DNA of 64,000 nucleotides, from the NCBI GenBank assembly GCA_002269645.1, contig NIVC01000741.1, positions 62,001 to 126,000 of the forward strand, written 5' to 3'. A program made the translations under genes and the position numbers. This stretch comes from Macrostomum lignano. Its lineage: Eukaryota. The notes under the pieces are model-generated. The model was given only the letters and a program-made list of their open reading frames with translations. It was not told where the DNA came from and ran no database searches. Positions within the stretch are counted from its first letter, which is position 1. Every line of letters starts with the position of its first letter. Positions 1 to 12,568 of this stretch are shown here, piece after piece.

Positions 1-137
1 CCCTCCTGCCGCTTCAAAGATAAGAGACTGTCTGGCAAGAGTACCCGGGGTTTAGTTGGGGGGGAGGCTCCTCGGGGTTGCCACGGCCGTGGGGGCGGTC
101 ATTCGACCGGTTTTTTGGCTTTTCTAACCCTGGAGAA

Positions 138-363
138 GGCACGGGCTTCCCTGAATGGTTCACTCAACCCCCTCTGGCCTCGGGGAGGTTTTTGATTTGT
201 ACCCGGGGGTGGTGGGCGGTCGGCCCCAGCCTGGATGCCACGGCTCTCGGCCTTCGGGCCAACCCTAATAGGCTAGGGGTGTCAAACCTGGATTTTTGGG
301 CACGGGCTCCCTGACTGGTTCGTCGAACCGCTGTCACTGTCCCCCGGGAAGGTTTTGATTTGT
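138..363 (+). repeat. Two diverged direct copies (138-200, 299-363) of a ~63-nt structured motif ending in TTTTGATTTGT; probably the 3' UTR/tail of a retroelement entering from the left edge
   Basis: GGCACGGGCT(T)CCCTGA..GGTT-loop-AACC..GGG(G/A)AGGTTTT(T)GATTTGT is present twice; the GGTT/AACC stem is kept while the loop differs. Confidence 0.45.
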
Positions 364-1092
364 GATTTGTTACTTGCCCTTTACACAGTACTCTCTCTAG
401 CTTACGAACCTAGTGTACATACGTACACTCCCAACTTGGAACTTATATCTTTCTAGTGGCGTAAGAGCCTTATTCAATAGGCTGAGGCGCCGAGATTACT
501 TATTTAGTTAGTTAGTCAATGACTTCTTCAACCATGGCATACTTGGAGCAGTACTGGATTCGTCCTCGCATTCAGAGCCATAGCTGCTGAAGCTGCCAAT
601 TTGTCAATATTCCGGAAAAGGACGAGTTAAGGAGACTAAATAATTTTTGCTAGTCCCGGTGTTAGAGTTTTTAATATCTCCGCGTTTTAGGGTCTCCGGC
701 CCGGAGATCACAAACTGAAAATTGTGTCATTTTAAGATCGCCCACACGGAGATCGGAAACCATAACATAAGATAGAGTTACAGGTCTCCGCCGTGTTAGG
801 ATCTCCGCGGTTCTTTTCTATATGAAAATTATAGCTACTTCTATGTACATCGAGATTGGCACCCCAAAGTGTGAGCAGTCTTGCGTAACTTTCAATAGGC
901 TTTGCACATTTTGGAGATCAGCTTTGTACTCATATTTTATGGGTGGCGGGAAGCGCTGTAAACATTTATATTGGGCAGATGATAAGAAAGGTTTGTGCTG
1001 TGTGATTTTCGTCGATTTCTGCATTTCAAAGCTTGATGGCTTCGCTCAATCAAATATTTTTCTACGTCCTAAGCAATGAATATACGCAGCCG

Positions 1093-1319
1093 TAGGGATT
1101 CCAATCCTCCTAGCCTGTAGCCTGGATCCCGGGATTGGGGCCAAGAATCCGGGATTTGAATCCCGGGATTTTTTTGGGAATCGAATCCCGGGATTTTTAA
1201 TCCCGGGATTGCAAAAGCACCGGGATTCCGGGATTTTGAATCCCGGGATTTCAACAGCATCGGGATTTCGGGACTATTCAATCCCGGGATTGTAAAATGT
1301 CGGGATTTTGGAATCCCTA
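1093..1319. mobile_element. MITE with TAGGGATTCCAA TIRs and internal AATCCCGGGATT palindromic repeats, nested in the Ginger element
   Basis: TAGGGATTCCAA...TTGGAATCCCTA; 8-bp direct repeat ATACGCAG at 1082-1089 and 1319-1326 (offset 3 nt from the left TIR). Confidence 0.7.
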
Positions 1320-1329
1320 TACGCAGGTA

Positions 1330-1903
1330 CCAGCCAGATTGGACGCCAAAGATAAGGCCAACTTAAAAAGACGTATTAGAGAAAAGAGCAAGCGTTTCTC
1401 CATCCATGACGGAGCGCTTTACTACAGGGTGACTAATAAGGACGACAGTCAGCGAATGCGGCCTGAAGACCATCGCAGAGTACTTTTCACAGAGGAAGAG
1501 GTACGGGATAAGATCCGCACCTTCACTCGCAAGGAAGTCACGTGGGTGTCAACAGCACAGTGAGCCTTTTTACTGCACGATACTATGCTGACATCCCCGT
1601 CGCACCGATTGCCAAGGCAGTGGTCGAGTCTTGTGACAGGTGCGAGCTGGTCACACCGTGGGAGCAGCTGGGGTTCAGGATCTGAAGCGAGGGGACAGAG
1701 TTAGGCTTCGCAATCTTCGCAGGGACGATCGGAAGGGTGGTAAGATGCGATACACTTTGAGTCAGCAAGTCTACATCGTGACCAGGTGTCTTGGTCAAAA
1801 CGTGTACAGGCTAGGAGGACTAACCAGGTGTGTCAATGGGAAACACCTCAAGAGATGCTTCCTCCAAGCACCGGCTGAAAGTGCATCACCGGTTTTTCAC
1901 TAA
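1330..1903 (+). pseudogene. Gypsy/Ginger integrase remnant: N-terminal HHCC zinc domain joined to the C-terminal GPY/F-like domain, catalytic DDE core missing
   Basis: FSIHDGALYY..RVLFTEEE; shifted frame HSQGSHVGVNSTVSLFTARYY..VESCDRC; then KRGDRVRLRNLRRDDRKGGKM..VNGKHLKRCF. Confidence 0.75.
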
Positions 1904-4129
1904 GCGGACATTTACTTCATTACTTTAACAGTAAACAGTTTTCCATTTAAATACACAGTTGTGCGAGCATATACGTATAAAACTAATGCTATGTTGATGA
2001 TAAAAATGCCTTTCCACTTCTTATACATGTACGCGTTCAATACCATGACCATTGGTTTTACACAAATGGGGGGGGGGAGATCGGAAACCGGAGATCCTAA
2101 ACCAGGACTTTGTTTTTGCGGCCCTGACGGAGAGCTGAAACTGGTTTAGAGTCTCCTGGGGGGAGATCAGAAACTGGTTTAAGATCTCCGGGTGCGGAGA
2201 CCTGAAAATGCCCCGGAGACCCTTAAACGGTTTCAGATCTCCTACCTCGGAGACCCATAACCGTTAGAAGTCTCCAGGAGAGATCCTAAACGGTTTAGGG
2301 TCTCCGGGCGGAGATCCTAAACCGTTTAGGGTCTCCGCCCCGGACACCCTAAACTGACCGGACCCCCGGAGATCCTAAACCATAACACCGGCCTTGTCCT
2401 TTTATTCAGCTGATTCAGATCCAAGGGCCTCTGACAGTTGCTAAGAGATATGCTATATCTTTTTATTGTATGGTCTGTATTGAAAATTTTAATGTTTGTC
2501 TTAGACTTATTCTACCAAGCTTAGAAGGCCCATCATTATCGTTCCTGAATATACATCATTACATGCATGGACATCCGAGACGGCTTGTTGTCTCTTCCAT
2601 ATCTCATGGCCTTGCATTTTGTAGCGGGAAAATCAATGTATCGACTCAGAACTCTGGAATCAGAATTTAATGTAACTTAATTCGATCATCGCACCGTTTA
2701 AAATATGTTTTTTTATTCGAAAGTTATGACTAAAAATTATAAATATAACATCTGGGGGTTAAGGGGTTTAGTTTGACTAGCTATAGACTTGATCTTTTGC
2801 AACGAGGAATGTAAAATGAGCAGAAGGAGCCAAGGAAAAACAGAAGCATGTATAGAAGAAAATAAAAAAAACAAGAGAGAATGGAAACGTAAGCACCATG
2901 ATATGGTCCAGACAGGATCGAACAACAAATAAAAAACCGATCGCAGTTGCGGAAAGAAATCGTGCTGCGAGAGCAAATCGACTCTAAGAGAGGTAATCTA
3001 CAGGGGAATGTTTTCATTTTCTTTTTCAGTTGCTTAAAATATACTTGGTGGTTTTTCTTCCAAATATTCAACGTCAATATTCTCTACTGCAGTGGAAACT
3101 GGGGAAGCGAGGAAGCAATTAATAAATGTTGTTACGGTAGCCATGTAGCTGTATGACTATATGCTGTCTATGACTATGACTATGTATATATCTCTGGCTT
3201 GAGGTGCGCTTCATCATTGGACGTACAGATGATACTGCATGACACAGCCCAACCGTGATGATCATCCGACCTCTCAAGTAACAATGGCTGATGCAGAGTT
3301 AAAGTGAAGGAATTCAGTGAAGGAATTACAGATGTAGTGATGAATCACCATCAGTAGATGGCGATGGCGGTGCTGTAACAGACTTTATTTATTTAACTCT
3401 CCCCACCTCTTGTTATATTTTAGTCATAGCTTCTAAAGAGATTAACATTTTGAAAGAAGTAAAAAAGTGATAGAACTATAACATTTTTATTTACCCAATT
3501 CAGTTGACGCAAATTGCATTAAATTACATCGATTACTGCTTCTGTTTTGGGACAGCTTTGGTACACTGCAGTACGATCTAGATGGGCTACCGTTTGTTTC
3601 AGTTAAACAAATGTGTCTTTGAAACAAAAGCAATCATGCAGCGATGCTAAAAATTCACTTATACTGTATGAAAACAGTGTGCATACATGCGCAAATGTGA
3701 AATGATTCTGCAGAATATTCGGGTGGTCGCTATCTCTGCCAAAACGGTCACGCGGGGGTCTGCAGCTACCTTTAGTCGACTGCACTGCAGGAGCGCGTTA
3801 TCAATTGATCCCGCTGCCATAAGTCGTCCACCATGAGATCTTAGCAAGCTACTCGAGAGACGCGCTACTCAGTTGAGCTGTACGACGAGTATACGAATAG
3901 CCATGCTAAGAGATTGGCAATCTCAACACACCTGCTTATCACCAGCTTTCAGTTTCATTGGCCTCTTTGCAACTGCGTAAAATCTTCTTGATCTTTTGAA
4001 TTAGGTAGGTTTTTCAGTTTAAAAGAAAGAATTGCTCCTCCAAATATCAAATTTCATAAAAAAACTCTTGGCAGCAGCAGAGATCCGGAGAGATAAGTCG
4101 ATCAAGTCGTCCGAGGATAATTTAAAAAA

Positions 4130-7100
4130 ATGCAGCGCGGCAAGAAGCAACCGAGCTGGGGATACGACAATGAAAATGGTGAGAAGCTAAAGTTGGGCTA
4201 TGCGCACCGGGGTGTCCCATGGATGCCTGCGTGCGAGAGTATAATGTACATGTAGATATAGTACCTGTATGTGAAAGAAGACTAAATGAGAGTTGCAGTT
4301 CTGAATCGCTAGGACGACAAGACTCTGATAGAAAGTTATTAGCACGTTTCGACGACGTAAAAATGCGCACCCACATTTAAGGTCGGATGGGTTTTCAGTA
4401 GGAATCTTAGTCAAATCGAATTCTAACGGACATTCTCCAGTAATTTTGGAGAACAGATGTTTTGGTGTTCAACAGAACAATGCAGAAATTGTTCCGATTA
4501 CAAGAACACAAACTCATTTTGCGTCGATCTAACATGTTCATGCACATCCTACGTCTCATTGTCATTACTACTACCACTTTGCAGGCAGCTGGAAAAATGA
4601 CTCATGGTGCACCCCTGTCAAAAATGGTGCCCCGCAAAAACCCACATGTTGAATCTATAAAGAAAAAAATTAATTCCGTTTTATTTGAAATTTTCGATGC
4701 CGCAAACGACTTTAAAAAAATTCAAAGTCCTTGGCTGAATTTCAAATCCTTTGAATTTGCGCTTGCGCTACGCAGGACCGCACACCTGGTCCCGGTTCTT
4801 TCCAAAGGCCGCGGGGGCGTTTCAGTCGCCAGTGAACCTGGATTTCGGGCAGGCGGTGTTCTCGGCTAAGCTCAACAATCCGCCGCTGAGGTGCGCCTAC
4901 CAGGACCTGCCCGACTGTCAGCTGAGCAACACCGGCCACAGCTTCCAGGTGGCCAGCGGGAGCGGCGATCGGGCCAGTGAGTATTGAATATTTGAGCGGG
5001 ATTGATGGCAATTAAGCAAGAAATTTTGCATGCAAGTCTATGGGAGTCTCACTGTGTTTGGAAATTGCATTATCTACGCTCGTATAATTGAACCAACCAA
5101 TAATCCTTCCACTCAAACCCGCACTCAGCCGTGGAAGGCGGACCTCTTCTGTGCCGCTACCAGTTTGCCCAGTTCCACATGCACTGGGGCTCCGGAGACT
5201 CCTGGGGCAGCGAGCACGCGCTAAACGGTCGGTTGTTCCCAGCGGAGCTGCACCTGGTGCACTGGAACGCTGGCAAGTTTTCCAGCTTCCAGGAGGCTGC
5301 CGCCATCAAGGATGGACTCGCCGTTTTGGGAGTTTTCGTAGATGTAAGAGTAGATTGCCGATATACCGTATGCATTGCGGGCCGCGTACTTCACGCTGGT
5401 CTGTCGGTTAAAAAAAGGTCTTAGACCTCGCCTAGGGCGCTAAATATGTACATCTGACACCAAAATTACGCCCCTATGTACGCCTCTGTTAGCATACGCT
5501 TGGTAGTTTTGGGTTGGCATGTTGCATCAAGCCTGTTTAGCTTAAACGTATAGTGCCTGTCCCAAAAGTAAGGAATCGTTTGTCTTCGTCTATACGCAGT
5601 ACACGTGTATTTTACTTTTTAACTGCAATGACTAGCTGCTTGAATTGGAAACCCATTTCTATTTATAGTAGCCAACTCACACTAAAAACTCAAATCCCCG
5701 CGGCCACAGATAGGAGCGGAGCACCCGGCCATGGCTCGGGTGCTGCAGCACTTCGACAAGATCCGGGCTCCTGGCTCGAAAGTACCGCTCGCTGAGCCAA
5801 TCAACCTGGCGAACTTCCTGCCGGCCAATCTGACCGAGATTTTTTCGTACGAGGGCTCGCTGACCACGCCGCCGTGCTTTGAGTCCGTGCAGTGGACCGT
5901 GTTTCGGGAGCCAATCACCATGAGTGCCGAACAGGTGAGCAAACTTAATTACATGTAGCTATTTCGCAGCTCGAAAACATGAAGAGATTGTAACTCGATC
6001 TCCTGAGGTAAAGATCCGGACCAATGCAGTCGACTAGAAACGCCTAGACATTGCAACAGCGTTCAGATCCAATGGTCCATCCAAATAAGGATCTCTTCTC
6101 AACTCAAAACTCTAGAATTGAACCCATAGTTCGCGTAGAAACTGACAGGATCACACAGGATCTCTCAGAGTTTTGTCGTTCTCAAGTAACAATTTGAGGA
6201 TATCATGTAGATTGTAGTGTCTCAGTCTAACATTGAATGATCTGCATCCACTTTGACCATCGGACCATTGTATGGTTTTGTAAGTTGACCCAGCCGCACA
6301 ACGATGTCTGCTTTAAACTTCTTACATGTACTTAAAAACCGCTTAGCATCGCGAACTGTGTTTGCGTTGAGTCTAATTAGCTACGATCACGCCGACTGGT
6401 CCAGCATTGGCTAGGCCAATTCTTATTCAGTTGTCCTTGATGACTCGTGTTGTGCATTAGAGCTCAGCCTATCGTGCGTAGCGCACAAGTGCCATAGACC
6501 ATTGAAGCACAAAGAAGCTATATATTAGTTACATTATAATACAACGAATTACCATAGACAAAAGATTGCAGTTAGTTGCGTTAGATGCACGTTGAAGAGG
6601 AGAGGATAGAGGAGGACAAAAGAGAAAAATATAGAAGAGCTTTACTGACTCAAAAAGAGACATGGAACCTCCAAGAAAAGTAAAACTGCTAGACCTGCGG
6701 CAATTTCCCAACGAAATTATTTCTGGAATGACCACGGATCAAATCGAGGATTTCTTGAGTGAGCCGGACGAATTTTCTGAGTCCAAGATTTCTAGCGACG
6801 ATCAGCAATTTCTGGATTCGATTTTCCAATCATTACCTACAGAGGAGAATGAAATGGAATACCTGGAAAAATTGTCCAGGAACTAGAGGACACTGCTTCT
6901 TGTAATAATGTTACCCGTGCCACGGAGTATTGGGTAAAACGACTAAAATCCTTTACGGACGACCATCCGTCAACGCAATGTGACTTACTGACTGTGACCC
7001 GGATGAAGCTTGATTCCACGCTACGTTACTTTTATGGTACGCTGCGTCGGAAGGATGGAGAATACTATGCTCCGGCTACTCTCGTCTGCATTCGTGCAGC

Positions 7101-10100
7101 ACTATACCGTCATTTCATCAAAACCAGAAAATTGAACATCCTAACTGGTGACGTGTTCCATCGGTCGAATGAAACGCTGAAGTTTATGGGTCGCATCTTC
7201 ATTGCTAGAGGCGGTAAAGTCCAGCACTACCAAGCGATGGAGACCGTAGATTTGCGACGCCTATCGGAATATTTGGATCGTAAGTCCCCGACTGCCCTAC
7301 AACATGAGGTGTTCTATAGCATTGTCTATTACTTTGGCAACCGAGGATGGGAATGGTTTCGTTCAATGGACTAGGATTGATTTGTGTTCAAAACCGACTC
7401 TGATGGCTGTGAAGTTGTCGCCTTTGTAACTGGAAAGGTTAAGAACGTTGGAAACGATCTGTCACGAATGTCTTGCGAGGATGTCAAGGAAGCTGTAATG
7501 AATTCGTTGCCAGGTAAGAGTCGTTTCCCTGTCGAAGCACTCAAGCTATATCTTACCAAGCGTCGTGAGTCCATCCCTGGTGACAGTTCTGGTAAGATCC
7601 GAAAGCATGCATTCTGGCTGCAGCCTAAACTGAGCGGCTGGGAGAATGGAGCGTGGTACTATCCCAATAAGCCTGTGGGCGTCAACACACTAGGACAAAT
7701 GATGACGATCATTTCAAGGAAGGCAACTTTGACAAAAAAGTATACCAATCACCGCATCCGCTCTACTGTTGTGAAAGAGTTGGCTGATGCCGGCTATAGC
7801 GTCTCCGACATTTGCAAGGTGACTGGACACAAACAGACGAGGACGGTAGAACGCTATTTGAGATTTAAAGATCTCTGTTCCCGTTCCCAGCGTGTGTATA
7901 ATGCCTTACGAGTATATGCACGCTGCCTGCGTTATATGCCCGCTGGTGTATCTGTTCAAATACATAATGAATATCACGGTTTGGCCATAGACTATGTTGT
8001 TAACTGCACACTTCGTCGTGTTCTAATGTGACTTATGCTTCGCTCAATTTTCGTTCTATTATTGTTTAGTCTATGGCAGTATACTCTTTCTTTCGCAGAG
8101 CTCCCCTCTCAGTTTCAGCCCTTCTTCCCCTCAAGACCCCGCCTAGAGCTATGCCCTTAAGATTTCTGATTCTACCGTCAAATACAAACGATAACTTTGC
8201 ACCGCTTGTCATCTTAATCTCGACAAACATCAACTCGCTTGTCGGTGGACAAATGTGATATACTTGAGTAACGTTAAGGTATTCGTATGTTTGCGAAATA
8301 CGCACAAAAGATTATAAAATTGTAAGCAAATTACAAAAGCAGGTTTATGCAAAGATACATGTAGACGCGGAACGACTCCGAAGAAGGCAGAAGGCACAAA
8401 AGCAGGAAGATATGCAAAACACAGAGAGGTCAATGGTAAAGAAAGATGGAGGTCATAAAAGCAGTTGGAGGTCATACAAGAGAGAGGTCACGCAAAACGC
8501 TGATACTGCTGTGATACATGTACAAAATGCAAAAGGCGCACTCATAGAAAATACGGTGTGTGATGTACTTCATATTTTACACAGGGACTACTAAAACTAG
8601 GGATGTGAAACTGGCCAAATCATGCAGAAAATAGTTGGAGGCTGGTTTTTTCTAGCGCTTCCTAGAACTTATTATTGAACGTAGAAGGCTGGTTTTTCGC
8701 CATCCTGTACAGAATTTATCCCTCTACAAGAGGGCGGTAGCAGCATGCCGAGGAACCACTTCACCTCTTCGACCAACTTTGGACTAGGGATGCTGCGAAT
8801 GACCTCAAACTTGCTGGGGTCCGGTGCAACCCTGCTCGCTGATCAGGTGTCCCAGGTACAGCACCCGGCGATGGCCGAACACGCTCTTCGCCTTGTGCAG
8901 TTTGAGACCCGCATCTCGCAGCCGTTGAAAAACGTGCTCAAGCCTCACTAGATGCTCGTCGAAGGTCCTGCTGAAGACGACGATGTCGTCGATGTAAGTC
9001 AGCACGGGTCCCAGGACAGACCGGACATCACCAGCTCCATCAGCCGCTGCAACGTTGCTGGGGCATTGCAAATTCCAAAGCCCGTCTTGCGGAACTGCAT
9101 CAAGCCGCAGGTCGAATAGAAGGCAGTTTTAAACCGGTCCTTTTCCGCCACCTCCACCTGGTGGTCGCCCTGGGTCGATGGTGGAGAACCAGGAGCACCC
9201 GACCAGAGCATTCATGCTTGCTGCATGTGCAGCAGCGGGTATGCGTCCTTGACCGTGCAGGTATTCAGCTGCCGACAGTCCGTGCATTTTGCCGTTCTTC
9301 TTACGGACCACCAGCAGGTTGCTCGCCCATGGCGACGACGACGGCTCGATGATGCCGCTGTCCAGCATCTGTACGATCTTATTATCCACCTGGTCTCGCA
9401 CAGACAGAGGCAGACGGCGCTGCTTGGATTTGCCGGTGCGGCCGCGTTCCCGTTTCCAGTTCGACCTGGTGCTGCAGCAGCTCCGTCGTGCCCAGGTCGA
9501 ACTCGTGCTTGGCGAACAAGTTCTCTTTGCACTCTAGCAGCTGCCGCAGCCTCGCTACATCCGGTCCGGGTAGCTCTGCGTTGATGTTCTACCCGACGGG
9601 GGTCTCGTGAGCTTGGCTTGAAAAAAGTTGGCTTGCTAGAGTTTCTTTCGCCTTCAGCTAAGTTCTTCATTCTTATACATGCATCAGGGTCTATCAGTCA
9701 TCAGACAGACTAAAGCCAAGCCTTCGTTGCATGCTCAATTGATAAAAAAGTGTTACATGTATAGTGATGCGTTTTATACCATAGACAACAAGCCGTCTGA
9801 CTGCAGACTTTTATAAGGCATTCTCTATATAAAACACTGGGAAAAAGGGAGTCCTGTACAAAAAAGCTCACTGCTACTCTCAAAATGAAGCTTGATAAAA
9901 AGTAAGTTGTGCATCTTGTAGAGGGATAAATTCTGTACAGGATGGCGAAAAACCAGCCTTCTGACGTTCAATAATAAGTTCTAGGGAGCGCTAGAAAGAA
10001 CCAGCCTCCAACTATTTTCTGCATGATTTGGCCAGTTTCCCCTCCCTAGTTTAAGAAGTCCCTGATTTTACTTTACTTCGTAGTAAGATATGTAATTAGA

Positions 10101-10295
10101 TAACGCAAACAAACCGACACTCAACTCCGAATTCCTCCGCAGCTCGCCCAGCTTCGCAGTCTGTCCTGCGGCCACCCTTCGCCGACCGGCGACCGGGAGC
10201 AGCAGATGGTGGACAACTATCGCCACCTGATCCCGCTCGGCAAACGGCGGCTGGTGACCTCGTGCTCGCCTGAGGTTCTTCGCGACGGAAAATAA
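4130..10295 (+). CDS. Alpha-carbonic anhydrase, cytosolic type, 280 aa; exons 4130-4178, 4776-4976, 5129-5343, 5710-5934, 10143-10295
   Basis: WGY, QSPVN, NTGHSFQV (His64 equivalent), QFHMHWG and ELHLVH zinc ligands, YEGSLTTPPC, terminal MVDNYR..PL; all introns GT-AG and phases join to 843 nt. Confidence 0.93.
6662..8031 (+). mobile_element. Crypton-like tyrosine-recombinase transposon, decayed, in intron 4 of the carbonic anhydrase
   Basis: LRYFYGTLRRKDGEYY..IRAALYRH (DUF3504/ZMYM-KCTD1-like), FGNRG, NHRIRST (HxxR), TGHKQTRTVERY; frameshift in an A-run near 6870 and in-frame stops at 7372 and 7378. Element ends not found. Confidence 0.8.
8582..10064. mobile_element. hAT-like non-autonomous element with ~150-bp TIRs (8582-8731, 9914-10064)
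   Basis: CAGGGACT...AGTCCCTG termini; long near-identical inverted arms; flanks ATTTTACA / ATTTTACT (7 of 8 bp match). Confidence 0.8.
8732..9600 (-). pseudogene. Gypsy/Ty3 pol fragment (reverse transcriptase), multiply frameshifted
   Basis: IIEPSSSPWAS, KDAYPL, WFSTID, KTAF..GLMQF..FGICNAPATLQRLM, LTYIDDIVVFS, YLGHLIS spread over several frames. Confidence 0.88.
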
Positions 10296-10983
10296 TTACT
10301 CAACTGACTACTCGAGCTCTTGTCGATAGGTACATACTGAAAATGATGGACAGCAAAAAATACCCGACGAAAATGAATAGCTAGCCATACACACGTACAT
10401 TTTAGTTGATAAATTTATATGCAGGAACTATCGAAAAAAGTATCAGATGCAATGTACCGTGTTGTAAAATGCGTGTATACCACGCATTATGGGACAATTG
10501 TAGCTTAAGTCCCGTTACATATGTGCATGTACTGCTGTACATGTACATGTACATGTACAGCACAATGTAATAAGGCAATTTCTTCTACTTTTGAATTCTT
10601 TTATCTGAAAAAATGAAACATGTAGGGTACGTGTCTCAATAAGAAGAGACTATAATAAATGCAATTTGTGACACTCCCTCGCACCGGATAAGTTCAAAAC
10701 TTCAGTTAAGTAGTAAATACTTGGTTGTTAAGCTTCAGCTCCAATTGACACTGCTATGCTATGAAAGACTGACAATACATCAATACACACCTCTCGTAGA
10801 GAGCAATTTTGCATATTTGCTGCTGCCACACATTGCCTCAGACATCAGCAGTCCTTGGAGGCAACCTCATGAAAACAGCAGTTGCAATCTTGCAGCACTG
10901 TACACATGTATGTATAAGCTGCAGAGGTACAGCGATGCAGAGTTACTCGAGCAACCTTTTTTGAAGGATCGATTGGCACAACA

Positions 10984-11076
10984 TAGGCGTCGGAACTTTT
11001 TAAAAAGTGGGGCAGGGGGCTGGTACTATTAATGTTATGATGCCATGGCCCCCCCCACCCCCCGTTCTGACGCCTA
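10984..11076. mobile_element. ~93-bp MITE (TAGGCGTCGGAAC...GTTCTGACGCCTA)
   Basis: 13-bp imperfect TIR; a related end is present at 18660-18731. Confidence 0.55.
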
Positions 11077-11785
11077 ATAATTGCTGATTTGTTATAATCA
11101 ATTAATTGCTGATCCTATATGGATCTCGGATCCTGAATCTGACCCGATCCGTATTTTAGTCTCCACTCTCATAAGAAAGTAGCAAATACTTCTATGAATT
11201 GATGAGGACGCACTTTTTTTCAAATTTCACGCTTGCACATGGGTTCCAAACTTGTTAGCCTACTAACAGCAGGCTATGGGCATTTTTATGTAATTTTCCT
11301 AGAATTCATACCAGTAGGATCTTTGTAGCTATATGATTTTGCCATACCTGTAGTCATAATAACATAGGCGCGGTCTTCGGTACTTTTGGGGTCATAAATC
11401 ATTGTTTGTGAGCATGTCTGACAGCCACCTGCGCCTCAATCAGTGTTGGGGCTGCAGCGCCAGATGGTCTGAGATGATGCGGGTGGTAGCTTTTTTTCTC
11501 ATCATTTTTGACAGGCCATCAGATTTATGAGGGCAGGGTCTATTGTTCATGTTGACTCAAGCGTTTGACAGCTTTGACAGCTATGCGTTTTACCACTAAA
11601 GGTACTTTGGGATTAGCGATTTCTCTTCACCATCTTCAGTTTCTGCCAAATAATGCATATTTTTTCATTAATTTTTGTAATTCCTACGCGAAAGGTCATA
11701 AATTATAATTTAGCGATTTTGAGTGATTTATGACTGCACCTGGCGTATTTTTATGGCCCCGAGGGAACTGATAGGATCTTTTCGT

Positions 11786-11920
11786 CACGTGAGTTTGGGT
11801 GGCAACAAGCTCAGCCAATCAGAAAATTTGACGTCAGTTATAACAAATCGGCTCAGCCAATCAGCGTCGAGGTTTTTGATTATAACAAATTGCGGTCCAG
11901 TTGGCGGCTATATAAACTGA
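11786..11920 (+). promoter_or_regulatory. Promoter-like cluster: CACGTG, duplicated GCTCAGCCAATCAG (CCAAT) boxes, TGACGTCA, TATATAAA
   Basis: Motifs read directly, in CCAAT-CCAAT-TATA order; no downstream ORF identified; possibly an LTR-like promoter. Confidence 0.35.
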
Positions 11921-12568
11921 TGTTTTTGGCCCGTTCGGACTCAACCTTTTGGCGCCTCGGAAACTCCTCTGGCTCCCGGTACTCGACCTATTCCGGAGTC
12001 ACGACCGTCGTCTCTTGATCCCCGGATTGCAACAACCCCGTCATCATCAAGGACGAATCCCCCCAGTCGACGGCATCAGCCATTAAGGTTAAGAGCATCA
12101 CCTGCTAGCTATCAGCAAAGACTGCGACATCATCATCCCGGGCCTACAGCTGCGAAGCACTGAGCCGATTCGGTCACTGTGGATTACCTGATCTCCGGCT
12201 GTTGAGTTTCTGATTGGTTGGGTGAGAGGCTACCTAGACTTGCTTGATTGGGTGATCCCTTATCTGTCCCCTATTTCAGTAGCTGGATTAGGCGCACACT
12301 TTCGCTCATTTTGTTCAGTAGTGCTGTTATTGAGGCAGAAATCATTCAATAATACGGTTAGTAGTCTGAAACTCCGATTCAATCTGAAGTTTGAAGTGAT
12401 TCGGTGAGGAGGTTAAAACTGACAGTTATTTTTATCGGTTTTTCGGATGACTCAGATGAGTAGCTAAGCTTACTTACTTACTTACTTACTACCGACGGGG
12501 GGCAGAGCGCCGCGAACAGGCCGCGAGGCCCCTATCGCAACCCCAAGCTAAACAGAAACAGAAAGGCG

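Larger units (their letters stand above)
660..2387 (+). mobile_element. Ginger-type (Gypsy-integrase-related) DNA transposon, internally deleted non-autonomous copy
   Basis: Termini TGTTA...TAACA flanked by a 4-bp CCGG TSD (656-659, 2388-2391); subterminal GGAGA(T/C)C..AAAC repeats at both ends in opposite orientation; internal integrase remnants. Confidence 0.8.

Noticed and set aside
138-363. Hammerhead or HDV-like ribozyme
   Set aside because: No CUGANGA/GAAA core and no convincing HDV pseudoknot.
2737-3850. Short ORFs between the Ginger element and the carbonic anhydrase
   Set aside because: No motifs, low-complexity K/F-rich content, no exon chain.
11925-11965. TGGCGCC as a tRNA-Lys primer-binding site of an LTR element
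   Set aside because: The match is too short, and no TG...CA LTR pair or gag ORF follows.
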